Positions 26,688 to 40,417 of a stretch of DNA of 64,000 nt are shown here, piece after piece (positions within the stretch are counted from its first letter, which is position 1; every line of letters starts with the position of its first letter). The position numbers and the translations under genes are program-made. The notes beneath the pieces were generated by a model. The model had not been told where the DNA came from. It saw nothing but the letters and a program-made list of their open reading frames with translations, and made no database searches. This DNA is from Laetmonice hystrix (lineage: Eukaryota): positions 17,174,001-17,238,000 of the forward strand of contig OZ249448.1 in NCBI GenBank assembly GCA_965235115.1, given 5' to 3'.

Positions 26688-29282
26688 CTGTACGGATTAA
26701 GAATACTAATCAATGACTAGAATTATCCTGCTGGGAATAGCTTCTGTCTATAACAGGTAGAGACCAAGTCGGCACCATGACCCGTGACATTTATAGCAGA
26801 ATATCCACATGTTTTCTGTGTGAATGGAAGGGGGTCGTCAATCGCTATTTTAATCCGAATATTTCAGTATTGTTATCTCCGTAAATCATTAGAAGACAAT
26901 TATTACCGTCATCACTCCGAATTGGTTTTACTGAAACCATTGCCATAATGATGATTATCATTACCCCCCCCCCCCTGTGTGTTATATTACTGACGACCGT
27001 GTAGCTATATGTTTTACACGCGTCCCGAAGCCATGCCCAACATACGTCACCTCACACCATAGTTATATACCCATAGTTCATTACCTACGGGTGCATGCTT
27101 TCATGTGGATTCTCTACCTCTTGTATGATTAAACTACAATTTAGTGAATCCTTCCTCTTCATTGACGCTAAACCCGGACAGATATGTCAAAGGTTAGCAG
27201 CTTTTAGCACAATCAACAATGTACGTCTATACAATACAGGTCTCGCGTTGACGCTTTCAAAGCAGACGCACTCAGACATCATCGATTAGGAATTAGTAAT
27301 TTACACATGTCGTGTGCTCTTATGTCTACAATACACAACGCAGGCCTACATCTATATCAATATTAGCGTCCCTAATACACTTATAAACATGACTATTTAC
27401 CATTTTAATCATTCTGGTATGAAATGATACGGGTATTTCCATGGAATGTATGAGATTACGATACACATCACGTATACAATGGTAACATTCTTGGTATGGA
27501 ACGTAAAATGGCTTCATGTGGTGAGCGTATAGACCTCCTTTCTGTGTGCGCACGAGGATTGTGTTCAATCCCAATACATGACTTCCCAAAGTTTTTACAT
27601 TTCAGTTTATGTATACCAGATACCTGAACATCCATGATTAATTAACTACGCGGCAGGTTATACTTCACAGATCACTCAATATTATAGCTATAATCTAGAT
27701 AGTCTGTAGTCTATATTATATTGTCTGTCTCTGTGAGATTTCAGCCTGGCCTGCTTGACGGTGGACTTTGGCACGTTGCCGACGGAGCCAGGATATCTGG
27801 AGCCAAATGTCAAGTTATTGTCGGCAGGCAGTTAAAAGGGAGCGGCCGCTCTAGGACAGGCGCTGCCTCAGCAGTCCCTTGGTGATCATTATAATTATGA
27901 GGTAGCCTTCAGTTTACTTGAAGCGATTCACAATGTTATATCCACCTCACCACCCTGCTTTATTGGCTCCTCATGAGAACCCATCAATACCCAAAGTTGG
28001 CTGTGCCTGCGGTATTGTAATACTATCAACGTGCCACTTTGGTATTTGACATCCGAGACGTACATCTTGCTTCCTTGCCGCCAGCCTGCAGGAAGGCAGA
28101 GTCTGGCGGCACCGTCTGTCTGTACTATATATAGTTATCCTCAGAGATTTAACCTCCACGGCCAGTCCTTGTCCTCACAACTTCCAGAGAAGCCACACCT
28201 CATCCGCCAACCGCCCAGACCCAACACTCCTTTATAATTATGTAGAGATCGAATATTAAAATAGAGTAAACCAGCTGTTTAAGGCTGGGTGGGACAGACA
28301 TGTTTTTGCACAATGTCAAACCGCGGCTGTATTGCTCAGACGCTAATCACAACAGCGTCTCCTGATATGAGATATTTTCATGCCATTTTCAATGTTGGTA
28401 ATTTTGGATTTTTGTATTAGAAACGTAAAATCGACCTGTGTGCCGAATCATGAAAATAAAGAGAATAGGTGGACTCTACCTGCGTCATGTCGTATAGACA
28501 CGTCAGAGAAAGAGGTGAACAGACAATATGGTCAGTGGCTTCTCAATGAAAACGACCTAAATCCCAAACGTCTTAACATCAGCTGCAACGTTCCGGCAAA
28601 CAGCATTTATAGGATCTTCTGATTGGCTAACGTCACACCTCCCGGTTCCGAGTCGTCGGGCGCGCACGGAACGTGGTAAGGAATGACTGGGGTCTGAGAG
28701 CCACCTGCTCCAGACGACACCTGGGCGGGCCACCCACACGACATGGTCATCAGGCACTCCCCCACCGAGCCACTGCTCTATCATAATCCGTATACATCTT
28801 CATTAAAGTAGAATCTAGATGAGCACACGTCTATTATAGCTAGGCCTGACAAGCACGCTGCCTCCATTTATGGGCCTTCGGCAGCAGGACACAAAGTCGC
28901 TATGGTAATACGCCAATCACAGCCCTTGCCTGCCTGCCTGCAGTCGGTTCTTCTACCCACGTCTGTGGGAACTGGTGACGTGCTCATATATGGTCTGCTC
29001 CTCCCTGGGTATAATTATCCTCCCACCTCTCACTTTCTGTGATCTTTGACATCAGACAGAAATAGCACTGTCGACAGGCTGCCAACTCCCGACGATTGAC
29101 CAGAAAACACAGCCGTACTTTGGGGGAGAGCCCCTGATGACTGAACTGATCGCTTTACAATAGATGGTTCTTCTTCTCAGGAGACGTACCCCATGGTTCC
29201 ACGGAGCCAGTAATAAACACAGAAGTAAAACAGATGGCCCACTGATACAGCCAACTGTATGTATGATGGAACAATTCACACT

Positions 29283-29568
29283 GGGTTGTCCAACCGTAAG
29301 GCAGACAGATGGACCGGGTTCTACCACAGGCAGACAGATGGACCGGGTTCTACCACAGGCAGACAGATGGACCGGGTTCTACCACAGGCAGACAGATGGA
29401 CCGGGTTCTACCACAGGCAGACAGATGGACCGGGTTCTACCACAGGCAGACAGATGGACCGGGTTGTCCAACCGTATAAGGCAGACAGATGGACCGGGTT
29501 CTACCACAGGCAGACAGATGGACCGGGTTGTCCAACCGTAAGGCAGACATATGGACCGGGTTCTACCA
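29283..29568. repeat. Minisatellite, 29-bp unit, about 9 copies
   Basis: Unit CAGGCAGACAGATGGACCGGGTTCTACCA with TGTCCAACCGTAAG variant units. Confidence 0.94.
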
Positions 29569-31449
29569 CCGGTAGGGAGGTAGACGGGGCTCTACAACCG
29601 TACAGGGGGAGGCAGATTGCCCGAAGATGGACCGGCTTTTATAACGATGAATAGAGCTCATGTTTACTGACATACAAAATCTGTATTTTATTGTGAAGAA
29701 GAACAAAAGAACATTCTACATGAAGGACCGGAAGTAGGATGAAGCCGAAGGCCCTTCCTGACGGCGTCTATCTTAGATCCCCGCCGCCACGGCTGACAAT
29801 AATACACAGACACCAGACATAAAGACGACGACATCGGGAGAACACCCCTGCAGAGCTTGCTGACACGAAATGCCACTAATTCCTGCATTACCAGGTATTA
29901 TATTGTTGGTGTATATTGTATATATGCAGATATAATTGTGTAGTAACTACAGCTACTATCATTATAACATCTTTGCTGACGTACGAAGGAGTTATGTAAT
30001 ATAATAAGGTAGTTTTCTACCGCCTTGTCCAGTCGTACCTCATGAGGGCGAAGTTCCAGTAACGTCCGTGAGAGGGCGCGTCAGTGTAAACAGGAACATA
30101 AAATCGTATCGTATCGCCAGGAGACCTATCTGTATCATTTTGTTGTCTCCCAGCCTGACGGAACCGTCAGAGAACATGCAGCGCTCTTACTGTAAATTAG
30201 CTCCAGATCTATACACATTTTATTGCAGACTAAACAGGAAAGAATGTGAAAAAAACCTCCTAACTACAAACTGTGTTCTAAAGAAATTGCCCAGAGAAAT
30301 TGCCCTGAACGGCAAGCTTCAGTTTCCGTATTCGTAGATCTATTTTGAAATATACAAGGGCTAGACTATAGTGGGAATGGTATGATTTCAATGTGCGACT
30401 TCTTCCTGGCTATCTGCTTGCATGGGTGATAGGTAGGAGTAATATAAGGAGTGGAGCCGTGCCAATTGTCGGTAGGCGCCATGATAGCAATCTGTGCAGC
30501 AGGAGGTAGGCGTCATTATGGGTGGTGTGCCGACGCCGGCTTGTCATTGTCTTATTATGGATAGAGATCAGTATCAGTGGTCCGCTTGTGGTCCTCACTC
30601 CATCACTGGGCGCGGTTCCGGTCGCTGGGGGTACAGGAATGGGGTGTGGGGCACAGGGCTGGGGGGTTGGTGTGGGGGTGGGGTGAGACAGACCAGGCGG
30701 CGTCGCCACCTTGAGTAGAGGCTCTATCCAAGAGATCGATACGAGTGCTGGCATCAGAAATGATCAAGATATGGCTGCTATCCGGAAAACACTGGATGGT
30801 TAAAAACGTATCCTTGAGTCGGGGAACCTTCCTCATGGGATGTGACTACATGTAGAAATGTTTGAAGAAACGCTCCAGGATACTTAAAAAACACATGTCA
30901 CAGCCTACTGGTCTATTATTTGTGTTAGTCACGGTAAAGAGGCAATTATACCAATGACGACAATAATAGCACGTATTATCCAAACAACCGTTAACGTCTT
31001 ATTTTTATTTTTTTCACTCTCCTTGTTATTAATTTAATATCCTAACAGCTGGTTCTTGTCTTGATGACAACCGGAATCTTCGTTCCTATAATCACTGCAG
31101 ACATTTTGAGATTCAGCACTTTTTCTATATTCCTGCGGGTAAATCGGAAGTTTGACAGAACTCTCACAACTGACAGCCCGAGTTAGAAACAATGTCATAT
31201 ATGGACACACTACTTCCCCCCTCCCCCATCCCATACTATACGGCGTTCACCTTCGAGCAAATTCCTCACAGGTGCTTGTGTGTATTAATTAAAAGGGATT
31301 TTATATCAGTTTTCTTGTGAATCGTTACATGCCTCCCCCCCAATGGGGGAGAGAAAGTGAGTAAGCTGTCAAGAACTAATCATATGTTCCCATATCGACA
31401 GGATTGGATTGTCAAGCGGCTGTAGTGGGCAGTGCCATCCCTGACTGGT

Positions 31450-32160
31450 CCATATCTATAGATGGTGCCCATGTGTACAGTGTATTACCGGTACGTACTA
31501 ACAGTGTACGCATGGTACATAATACCCATATCTATAGATGGTACCCATGTGTACAGTGTATTATACCTAGACGTATTAACAGTGTACGCATGGTACATAA
31601 TACCCATATCTATAGATGGCGCCCATGTGTACAGTGTATTACCGGGACGTACTAACAGTGTACGCATGGTACATAATACCCATATCTATAGATGGTACCC
31701 ATGTGTACAGTGTATTACCGGTACGTACTAACAATGTACGATGGTACATAATACCCATATCTATAGATGGTACCCATGTGTACAGTGTATTATACCTAGA
31801 CGTACTAACAGTGTACGCATGGTACATAATACCCATATCTATAGATGGCGCCCATGTGTACAGTGTATTACCGGGACGTACTAACAGTGTACGTATGGTA
31901 CATAATACCCATATCTATAGATGGTGCCCATGTGTACAGTGTATTACCGGGACCAGTGCCGGATCCAGGATTTTTAGAAAGGGGGGGCGTAGCCCCTGGA
32001 GAAGATTGCGAGCGCCGAGGTCTGGGGGACCTTCCAGTCTCAAAAAATCATTAGGCTTACTCTGCCAAAAATAGGGGGCGTACGCCCCCCCCACGCCCCC
32101 CCCCCCCCTTGGATCCGGCCCTGGGGACGTACTAACAGTGTACGCATGGTACATAATACA
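31450..32160. repeat. Minisatellite, about 76-bp unit (75-78), about 7 copies, interrupted by a MITE
   Basis: Unit CCATATCTATAGATGGTACCCATGTGTACAGTGTATTACCGG(T/G)ACGTACTAACAGTGTACGCATGGTACATAATAC; starts at 31450, 31526, 31604, 31680, 31755, 31833, 31909. Confidence 0.95.
31954..32123. mobile_element. 170-bp MITE (non-autonomous DNA transposon), 14-bp TIRs, 5-bp TSD GGGAC
   Basis: Left end CAGTGCCGGATCCA, right end TGGATCCGGCCCTG (13/14 inverted match); GGGAC at 31949-31953 and 32124-32128; empty site ACCGGGACGTACTAAC in neighbouring repeat units (about 31641 and 31870). Confidence 0.92.
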
Positions 32161-33234
32161 CTCCATCTCATTCACACACGCTATCTGAACGATATCAGCG
32201 TGAGAAAACACACCTGGTTGTACGTCCGGCATAAAGACCTGGGCAGGTTTCCTCCAGTGCCCACCAGTGGACACCATAGAGGACGTCATTATCGACATCG
32301 ACCACCAGGAGGAGGAGGAGGAGGCGGTGGAGGGGGTAGGTTGTGGTGCGGATATACTTCTCACATGGCCCCGCGCTGAAAACGGGGATCACGGGCGTTG
32401 TTTGGAGGCGACGCGGGGCTCTGTGAAGGGCCAGCAATGATATCAATCAATCTTGTTTCTGATCTCCGAGTTGCAGTAATCTGTCAACAGTACCACGGCA
32501 TGCGGTATCCTGGAAGGCGGGATCCATGCAGCACACCCCTCCCGTGCACCTGTCACTGTGGTCGCACAAACAGTACCGTTCATTCTGAGCTCTCTTTGAG
32601 CTTGTATTGACTGGAGTGGTTCTGACCGCCGCTATCTCTCCAGTGTGGACCACCGTTAGGTGTTATTTCTATCTTCTGGCGCTGGGCAGCAGGCTTTGGG
32701 CTTCTTATGGGAGGTGTAAAACATGGGGGCGTCCGGCTTACTAAGTTTAAAAAAAATTACTTGGAAGAATTAGGTCAAGATTTTGAAAATTGATTGGTCG
32801 GGAATAAGATGAGGCGTTGATTTACCGACTTCCTGATACGATCTTCCAATCGTTCCCCGCCTCACCTGGTCCTGTCATCGTGCTGTAACGTTATAAGTAA
32901 TCTTTATAATAACAAAAGTTTAGTAACCATATCAATCAATGAGAATGAATCTCAAGGCGCACAACAAACAACCTGTCTCCCTTTAGGAGTGGATATCTCG
33001 GTTTAAGCGGAGCTGATTTTCCCCCTCACAACTTCTATTCTCCATCCGAAAATAAACGGCACTCCTCTAAGTCGCCATCTGATCACACTCCAATAGAATG
33101 AATTCCAAAGTAGGCATACCAGGGTGTTAGGTGTATAATATTACTAATATTATCAATACTGTCCACAGCCACCCACGCCTTGCACAGAGGGGAAGGAAGC
33201 TCTGTCTGTAAGGGTTGATGTCATGGAAGATATG

Positions 33235-33415
33235 TTGACGTCATGGAAGCCATGCCGGTGGTGATGTCATGGAAGGCATACCCCTGGTGACATCATTGAA
33301 GACATACCGGTGGTGATGTCATTGAAGACATACCGGTTATGACGTCATTGAAGACACACCGGTGGTGACGTCATTGAAGACATGCCGCTGGTGACGTCAT
33401 TAAAGGCATACGCCC
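33235..33415. repeat. Diverged minisatellite, about 26-bp unit, about 7 copies, carrying TGACGTCA
   Basis: Consensus TGACGTCATTGAAGACATACCGGTGG. Confidence 0.85.
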
Positions 33416-34695
33416 GGTGATAACCGCCACAGAAGATATTGTCTGTTCAGGCTCAAGAATGCCAGACTGTTCCGCATTCTCTTCCCTTCTCTTTTTCTAT
33501 TGTTATTTTTTTAATTAGATATGCATGCCATGACATGAACAGTAATGAGACTGCGAGTTATTATATTTTATATTCCTGAAGGCAAGCACGTTTAATCGGA
33601 AAGGTTCATCACAAAAGTCATTAAATAAACGGAGAAGGCAGAAGACTTGGAGGCACCCTTTCTATCCCACGCATTCTTGTCACAAGTCTTACAGGAAACG
33701 ACGTTTGCTAACAACAGATGAGCCCATTTCATGTCTAAAAACCACGTCATCAACTTCCAGTTATACTGCATTCATTTCTTCCGTCAGACAAGAATTATAT
33801 TGTTGAACAAAATTTTCAGAGTTAAGGCCCGCCAGCAGCAAGTAAAAAAGTCCCCTGATCCAGCTTTGAAAGTCGGGAAGTAATACTTCTTATGGATACC
33901 CCACCTGACAACGGCAAAATCTGCATATTCTCGGTATTTATATTTATGACGTATTATTATGTTTATATAATAATAGACGTATATGCCTTTCGTAAGATTC
34001 AGGATAAAAATATATTTCACACTGATGATGCCCGGGGTGCAGGACATACAATACCATTTCTTATCACCCGAAACTTTCACAGATCAAGTATTGAAGGGCA
34101 TAGAGCTTTCTATCATCAGGTGCAGAAGGTATTCTTCTATATGGCAAGAGGAACCGCGAGGAAACTCTAGAGATACCCTTGAGGTCATACTTTTTATCCT
34201 CAAGCCTTTTGTCAATGCTGAGTTACAGCTAATTAAAGTTAGGTGTTCTAAAAATATTAAACATAAATGCATTCGTTCCTGTATCCTATGGCTTATGGCT
34301 AGTATCTATTGCATATATATCAAAATTAATATGCATAATAGGAAACCTGCAGCTGCCAAAAAGAACAATTATTTTTACATTTTATGTTCCATGTGTCTGT
34401 GCAACAAGTATACGACTACTAACGTTACCAACTGATCGATAACAAATCACGATGAAACCAACGACACCAATGGGAAAGACATTCAAGTCCTCATAATGTT
34501 GGAGACTACAGTTTGCTTGCGGTAGGGTTTCAAACTGACATGGTAACAAATTACCTAAGTCAACATGGGTTGGTTTGGAATCGAGGTTGTGTAGGTAAAG
34601 AAACACCCACATCAAATAGAAATGATATTGATCAGGGGAATCCGCGGCCTTTCCGCACTCTTACAGCCACGTTCATCCGCTGATTCAACCTTGAA

Positions 34696-35247
34696 CACTA
34701 ATGTTCCACCGCTGTATCCTATCTCTGACTAGGTATACGTTCACTAATGTTCCACCGCTGTATCCTATCTTTGACCAGGTACACGTTCACTAATGTTCCA
34801 CTGCTGTATCCTATCTCTGACTAGGTACACGTTATATGTTCCACCGCTGTATCCTATCTCTGACTAGGTACACCTTCACTAATATTCCACCGCTGTATCC
34901 TATCTCTGACCAGGTACACGTTCACTAAGATTCCACCGCTGTATCCTATCTCTGACCAGGTACACGTTCACTAATATTCCACCGCTGTATCCTATCTCTG
35001 ACCAGGTACACGTTCACTAATGTTCCACCGCTGTATCCTATCTCTGACCAGGTACACGTTCACTAATGTTCCACCGCTGTATCCTATCTCTGACCAGGTA
35101 CACGTTCACTAATGTTCCACCGCTGTATCCTATCTCTGACCAGGTACACGATCACTAATATTCCACCGCTGTATCCTATCTCTGACCAGGTACACGTTCA
35201 CTAATGTTCCACCGCTGTATCCTATCTCTGACCAGGTACACGTTCAC
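34696..35247. repeat. Minisatellite, 46-bp unit, 12 copies
   Basis: Unit CACTAATGTTCCACCGCTGTATCCTATCTCTGACCAGGTACACGTT. Confidence 0.97.
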
Positions 35248-35792
35248 AGGGCCTACACAAATAACCATTCGTATATGTACATACGTACAAATTATGCACA
35301 ATCACATACGTGCACCTATGGGACCATGTGCACAAGTACATAGTTTTAAACTACATCTCCCACATCTCCTACCTTCAGACATACTTATATAAAAACAAGT
35401 CACCTAAATGACTGTATAAATAAGGGAATACTTCCACATTTCAGCTCGGCGATCACTGAATCGCCTTTCTCTGAATCCCTGATTATGTGGCCACCCACCC
35501 GCCGAGCGTCCAAGTTCTAGCCGCCCTGTGTTGACAGTAACGACATGAGACGGCATGAAACACGGGTGGCAGGACACAGGTTTTATCCACTGCCCTCACC
35601 TAGATGTACCATTGCCATGATGCATTAATAGCCGTGGTCTCGGCCAGGCTGGCCTGAGCTTGGTACAGGACAATTGGTGCTGTTGTAAATGTCGGATCGA
35701 GTTTGGAGCAGCAGCCAGCTGAAACCCGAGTCAGGAGAGACCAACAATTGGGGTTCCTACTGAGGCGCAACAGACGCTTGGGTCACGACCAC

Positions 35793-35928
35793 TCGCCTTA
35801 CCTATACAGGGGTTTGCAATTAGTTCACATAATACAGCCAAGTAGACGCACCCAACCTCGCTCTATATAGGGGTTTGCAATTAGTTCACATAATACAGCC
35901 AAGCAGACGCTCCCAACCTCGCCTCTAT
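35793..35928. repeat. Short tandem duplication, 61-bp period, 2 copies
   Basis: CTATA(C/T)AGGGGTTTGCAATTAGTTCACATAATACAGCCAAG at 35802 and 35863. Confidence 0.9.
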
Positions 35929-36418
35929 ATTATACCATACACGCCAGAACTCGGTCACCCTCCTCATCCCAACCAGCCCGCTGATGACGGTTATTACGTC
36001 AAACAGAGGGCGCCTCGATCGACCAGGACCCAGCCAAACTAAACACAAAGCTTGTTGATGACGCCAGTTAACAGGAGAGTGCCCTATTATCGTTCTGGTG
36101 CCGATCTGGGACGGTGGGTCGCCGACTCGGCTAGCGGTGGTGTCTATTGCCTGCCGCAAAGACTGGAAGATCCGCTTGGTGTGTAGGCATACAGATAGTT
36201 GCCCGGTGAATGAGAGCGATTATTATTGGCGGGCGAAGAGTATGGCGCTAATGGAAGTTGGCCAGTCCATACAAGCTACCCCCACCCCGCCCCTTCTCAC
36301 CATAACCACGCCTACCCTCCCACCCCCGCCTGACCAATCACCTCGGCATGGCGCAGTGAGATATGTCGATATTATATGATGGCAACAGGAGCGCCCGCCC
36401 CCTCCCTGCCACCCTCCT

Positions 36419-38327
36419 CCGCCTGGTGCCCCACAACCATGGACGACCAGCGTCCAACCAACACAACCCCCGCCTGGTGCCCCACAACCATGGACGACCA
36501 GCGTCCAACCAACACAACCCCCGCCTGGTGCCCCACAACCTTGGACGACCAGCGTCCAACCAACACCCCCCCCCCCCGCCCGGTGCCCCACAACCATGGA
36601 CGACCAGCGTCCAACCAACACAACCCCCGCCTGGTGCCCCACAACCATGGACGACCAGCGTCCAACCAACACATCCCCCGCCTGGTGCCCCACAACCATG
36701 GACGACCAGCGTCCAACCAACACAACCCCCGACTGGTGCCCCACAACCATGGCCGACCAGCGTCCAACCAACAACCCCCGCCTCGTGCCCCACAACCATG
36801 GACGACTAGCGTCCAACCAACAACCCCCGCCTCGTGCCCCACAACCATGGACGACCAGCGTCCAACCAACAACCCCCGCCTCGTGCCCCACAACCATGGA
36901 CGACCAGCGTCCAACCAACACAACCCCCGACTGGTGCCCCACAACCATGGCCGACCAGCGTCCAACCAACAACCCCCGCCTCGTGCCCCACAACCATGGA
37001 CGTCCAGCGTCCAACCAACACAACCCCCGCCTGGTGCCCCACAACCATGGACGACCAGCGTCCAACCAACACAACCCCCGCCTGGTGCCCCACAACCATG
37101 GACGACCAGCGTCCAACTATCACAACCCCCGCCTCGTGCCCCACAACCATGGACGACTAGCGTCCAACCAACACAACCCCCGCCTGGTGCCCCACAACCA
37201 TGGACGACCAGCGTCCAACCGACACAGCCCCCGCCTGGTGCCCCACAACCATGGACGACCAGCGTCCAACCACACACCCCCCCCCCCCCCCCGCCTGGTG
37301 CCCCACAACCATGGACGACCAGCGTCCAACCAACACAACCCCCGCCCGGTGCCCCACAACAATGGCCGACCAGCATCCAACCATCACAACCCCCGCCTGG
37401 TTAGTGCCCCACAACAATGGCCGACCAGCATCCAACCAACACAACCCCCCGGTGCCCCACAACCATGGACGACCAGCGTCCAACCAACACAACCCCCGCC
37501 TGGTGCCCCACAACCATGGACGACCAGCGTCCAACCAACACAACCCCCGCCTGGTGCCCCACAACCATGGCCGACCAGCATCCAACCAACACAACCCCCG
37601 CCTGGTGCCCCGCAACCATGGACGACCAGCGTCCAACCAACACAGCCCCCCCCCCCCGTGCCCCACAACCATAGACGTCCAGCGTCCAACCAACACAACC
37701 CCCGCCTGGTGCCCCACAACCATGGACGACCAGCGTCCAACCAACACAACCCCCGCCTGGTGCCCCACAACCATGGACGACCAGCGTCCAACCACCACCA
37801 CCCCCCCCCCCCCGCCTGGTGCCCCACAACCATGGACGACCAGCGTCCAACCAACACAACCCCCCCCCCCCCCCGTGCCCCACAACCATGGACGACCAGC
37901 GTCCAACCAACACAACCCCCGCCCGGTGCCCCACAACCATGGACGACTAGCGTCCAACCAACACAACCTCCGCCTGGTGCCCCACAACCATGGACGACCA
38001 GCGTCCAACCAACACAGCCCCCGCCTGGTGCCCCACAACCATGGACGACCAGCGTCCAACCAACACAACCCCCGCCTGGTGCCCCACAACCATGGCCGAC
38101 CAACGTCCAACCAACACCCCCCCCCCCCCGCCCGGTGCCCCACAACCATGGACGACCAGCGTCCAACCAACACAACCCCCGCCTGGTGCCCCACAACCAT
38201 GGACGACCAGCGTCCAACCAACACAACCCCCGCCTGGTGCCCCACAACCATGGACGACCAGCGTCCAACCAACACAACCCCCGCCTGGTGCCCCACAACC
38301 ATGGCCGACCAACGTCCAACCAACACA
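36419..38327. repeat. Minisatellite, 51-bp unit, about 37 copies, with variable poly-C
   Basis: Unit GCCTGGTGCCCCACAACCATGGACGACCAGCGTCCAACCAACACAACCCCC; source of about 20 overlapping repetitive ORFs in the track. Confidence 0.97.
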
Positions 38328-40417
38328 GCTGCTGGTATCTCGGCCCAGTCGTCCTGCAGCAGCCTGCACATGACTGTCGAGTACTCCAACCAACGAGTCT
38401 AGTCTCGTTACTCCAACCATCACCCAAACTGAAAGCTTAGACCTAATAAATGCCCCCCCCCCCCCCCCCCCCCCCCCAATCTAGAAATCTCAGCGTCGTT
38501 TATTTTAGGTCTCAGGCACATTTTGTGTCAGTCAATATTTCCCATTATTTTCACAGAAGAAAAGTCCGCAGTTGTATGCCGGGTTAAGTTGGTCTCAGCT
38601 ATACGTGCCCGTATTGTTCATCTCATCACAAGCAGTTCTGTATGGACGTTGTTGTCAGCTCTGCTCACAATCCACTGTTTGCATTCGTCGCCCCCACAGT
38701 GTGGTGTATCGGTTCGGTCACTCTCCCTCGCCGAGAGTGCCCATCGATCTCTCATTAATATCAAATATACATTAATTAGCCCACTGAACAGCGCTCCGGG
38801 GGGTGAGGGTGGGGGTGGGGGTGGGGGTGGGAGGCCACAGATATTCCGGTCAGGCTTACCTGCTTTGAAAATAATCATTTGGGTTAGAAACGCCCTGAAA
38901 TGTCAATATCCATTAGACTCTGAGCAGCCAGGTATGAAGTACAGAGATGACGGGAGTAGTGGAGTGTTAAAAAGTATGGCGAGTTTCTTGTGTTGAGATC
39001 GTCATTGATTCACTAGCGACACCTAGTGGTGAAAGAAGTTGGCTGTGAACGTTCTCGGATAGTTTGACCAAATATGGCCTCAAGGTGCTGCGCCATCCGC
39101 CAGGGAAGGGCGAATGGAAAGGGACCGTGAAGATTTTGTCACTTACCGCGTCATTATGTGACTCGGCCGTTAATGGTACCCAACGCCTATACGACTTGGG
39201 ACCGATTATCATTTAAGTGACAGCCTCCGCCGAGCACCCCCCCCCCCCCGCCCCGCCCCCTGCCGCTGTAACATCGCCAGACCGGCTGGATATGGGAGCG
39301 ACAAGTACCTGTAAATAACTCCACCTGGACGGCCGTGATGAGGGGGCTGTCAGAGAAGTGGAGCATCATATCATGGACAGACTCACCTGTACAATGACAA
39401 TTGTAACACCCTCTCAGCATGGCGTAGTGGCCGATGGCGTCACCAAGAACTCTGACAGGTAGCTGGCTGAACTCCTTACTGTTTACAGGTACGCTGAGTC
39501 TATGTGTGGTATCACTCCCCATCAGTGTCCACACCCTGTCTCTCAGATTGACACGTGCAATCAGGGAACTATTATTATGTGCCAAAGCAGATTATAATAA
39601 GTAACACATTGGAGCTATATGTGTTACTATTTGTTCTATATATAAACTATTTTATTTCTGCACTGAGATGTAAGACGGACGCACAGCAGGACGGCTAGAG
39701 ATCGTCGAGATGGGCGGTATAAAAGCATACATGATAGGATATGTACCCGGTAATATCAGGCCTTCACGCTTTTATTATTGATTTCTCATGCTTATCCTCT
39801 TGAAAAATGCATGCCCAGGATAGAAGCCTTCATAGCTGGACATGTTTGGGGAACACCAGTGAATATGATGGGCACGAAGCCCGACGCCTCATACACAAGT
39901 ATCTAACTGGCATCCTATCAAAACGAGATTATTTTCGCCATGGCGCCTATTTGTGACAGTAGTAAGGGGGTTGTTTGGGTTGGGGTATTTTTTTTGGGGG
40001 GGGGGGGGGGTAGAAATCTTCCCATGCTGGCCCCCATATATAGTTTAATGCGCGTTCAAACGCCTAGGTGTTATAAAAGCATCGCATATTCACATCGTTT
40101 AAAGTAATACAGGATACCAACAAAAAGCTTTCTTTCAACAGATATGTTTACTGAATGTGTCAACTAGGAAATTCTATTTTTGATTTACGAGATTTTTTAA
40201 ACATTTTTTCGGGTTTCTTCTCAACAAGTCACAGAGTCCTTGGCTAGAGTTAATGATATATGTCCTATATCAGCAGCTAATCCTCCTGTTTGGCACAGTG
40301 TCAGTAAAATGGATTAAACTAAGGATTACAGATGAAGGCAACCGTCACCGCAGTTGTCATTTCTGACGCCCATTTTAATAATGAAACCAATGCCGCAAGG
40401 GATCCACTCGTCCCGCG

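Noticed and set aside
29181-29260. TPWFHG resembling an SH2 domain start
   Set aside because: The following residues do not fit SH2 (no ISRxxAExLL, no FLVR)
34046-34120. QYHFLSPETF resembling guanylate-kinase YHFVSREEF
   Set aside because: The short match does not extend, and an alternative frame is equally open
5214-35247. Equal unit lengths (46/46 and 35/35) suggesting shared origin
   Set aside because: No sequence similarity between the arrays on either strand
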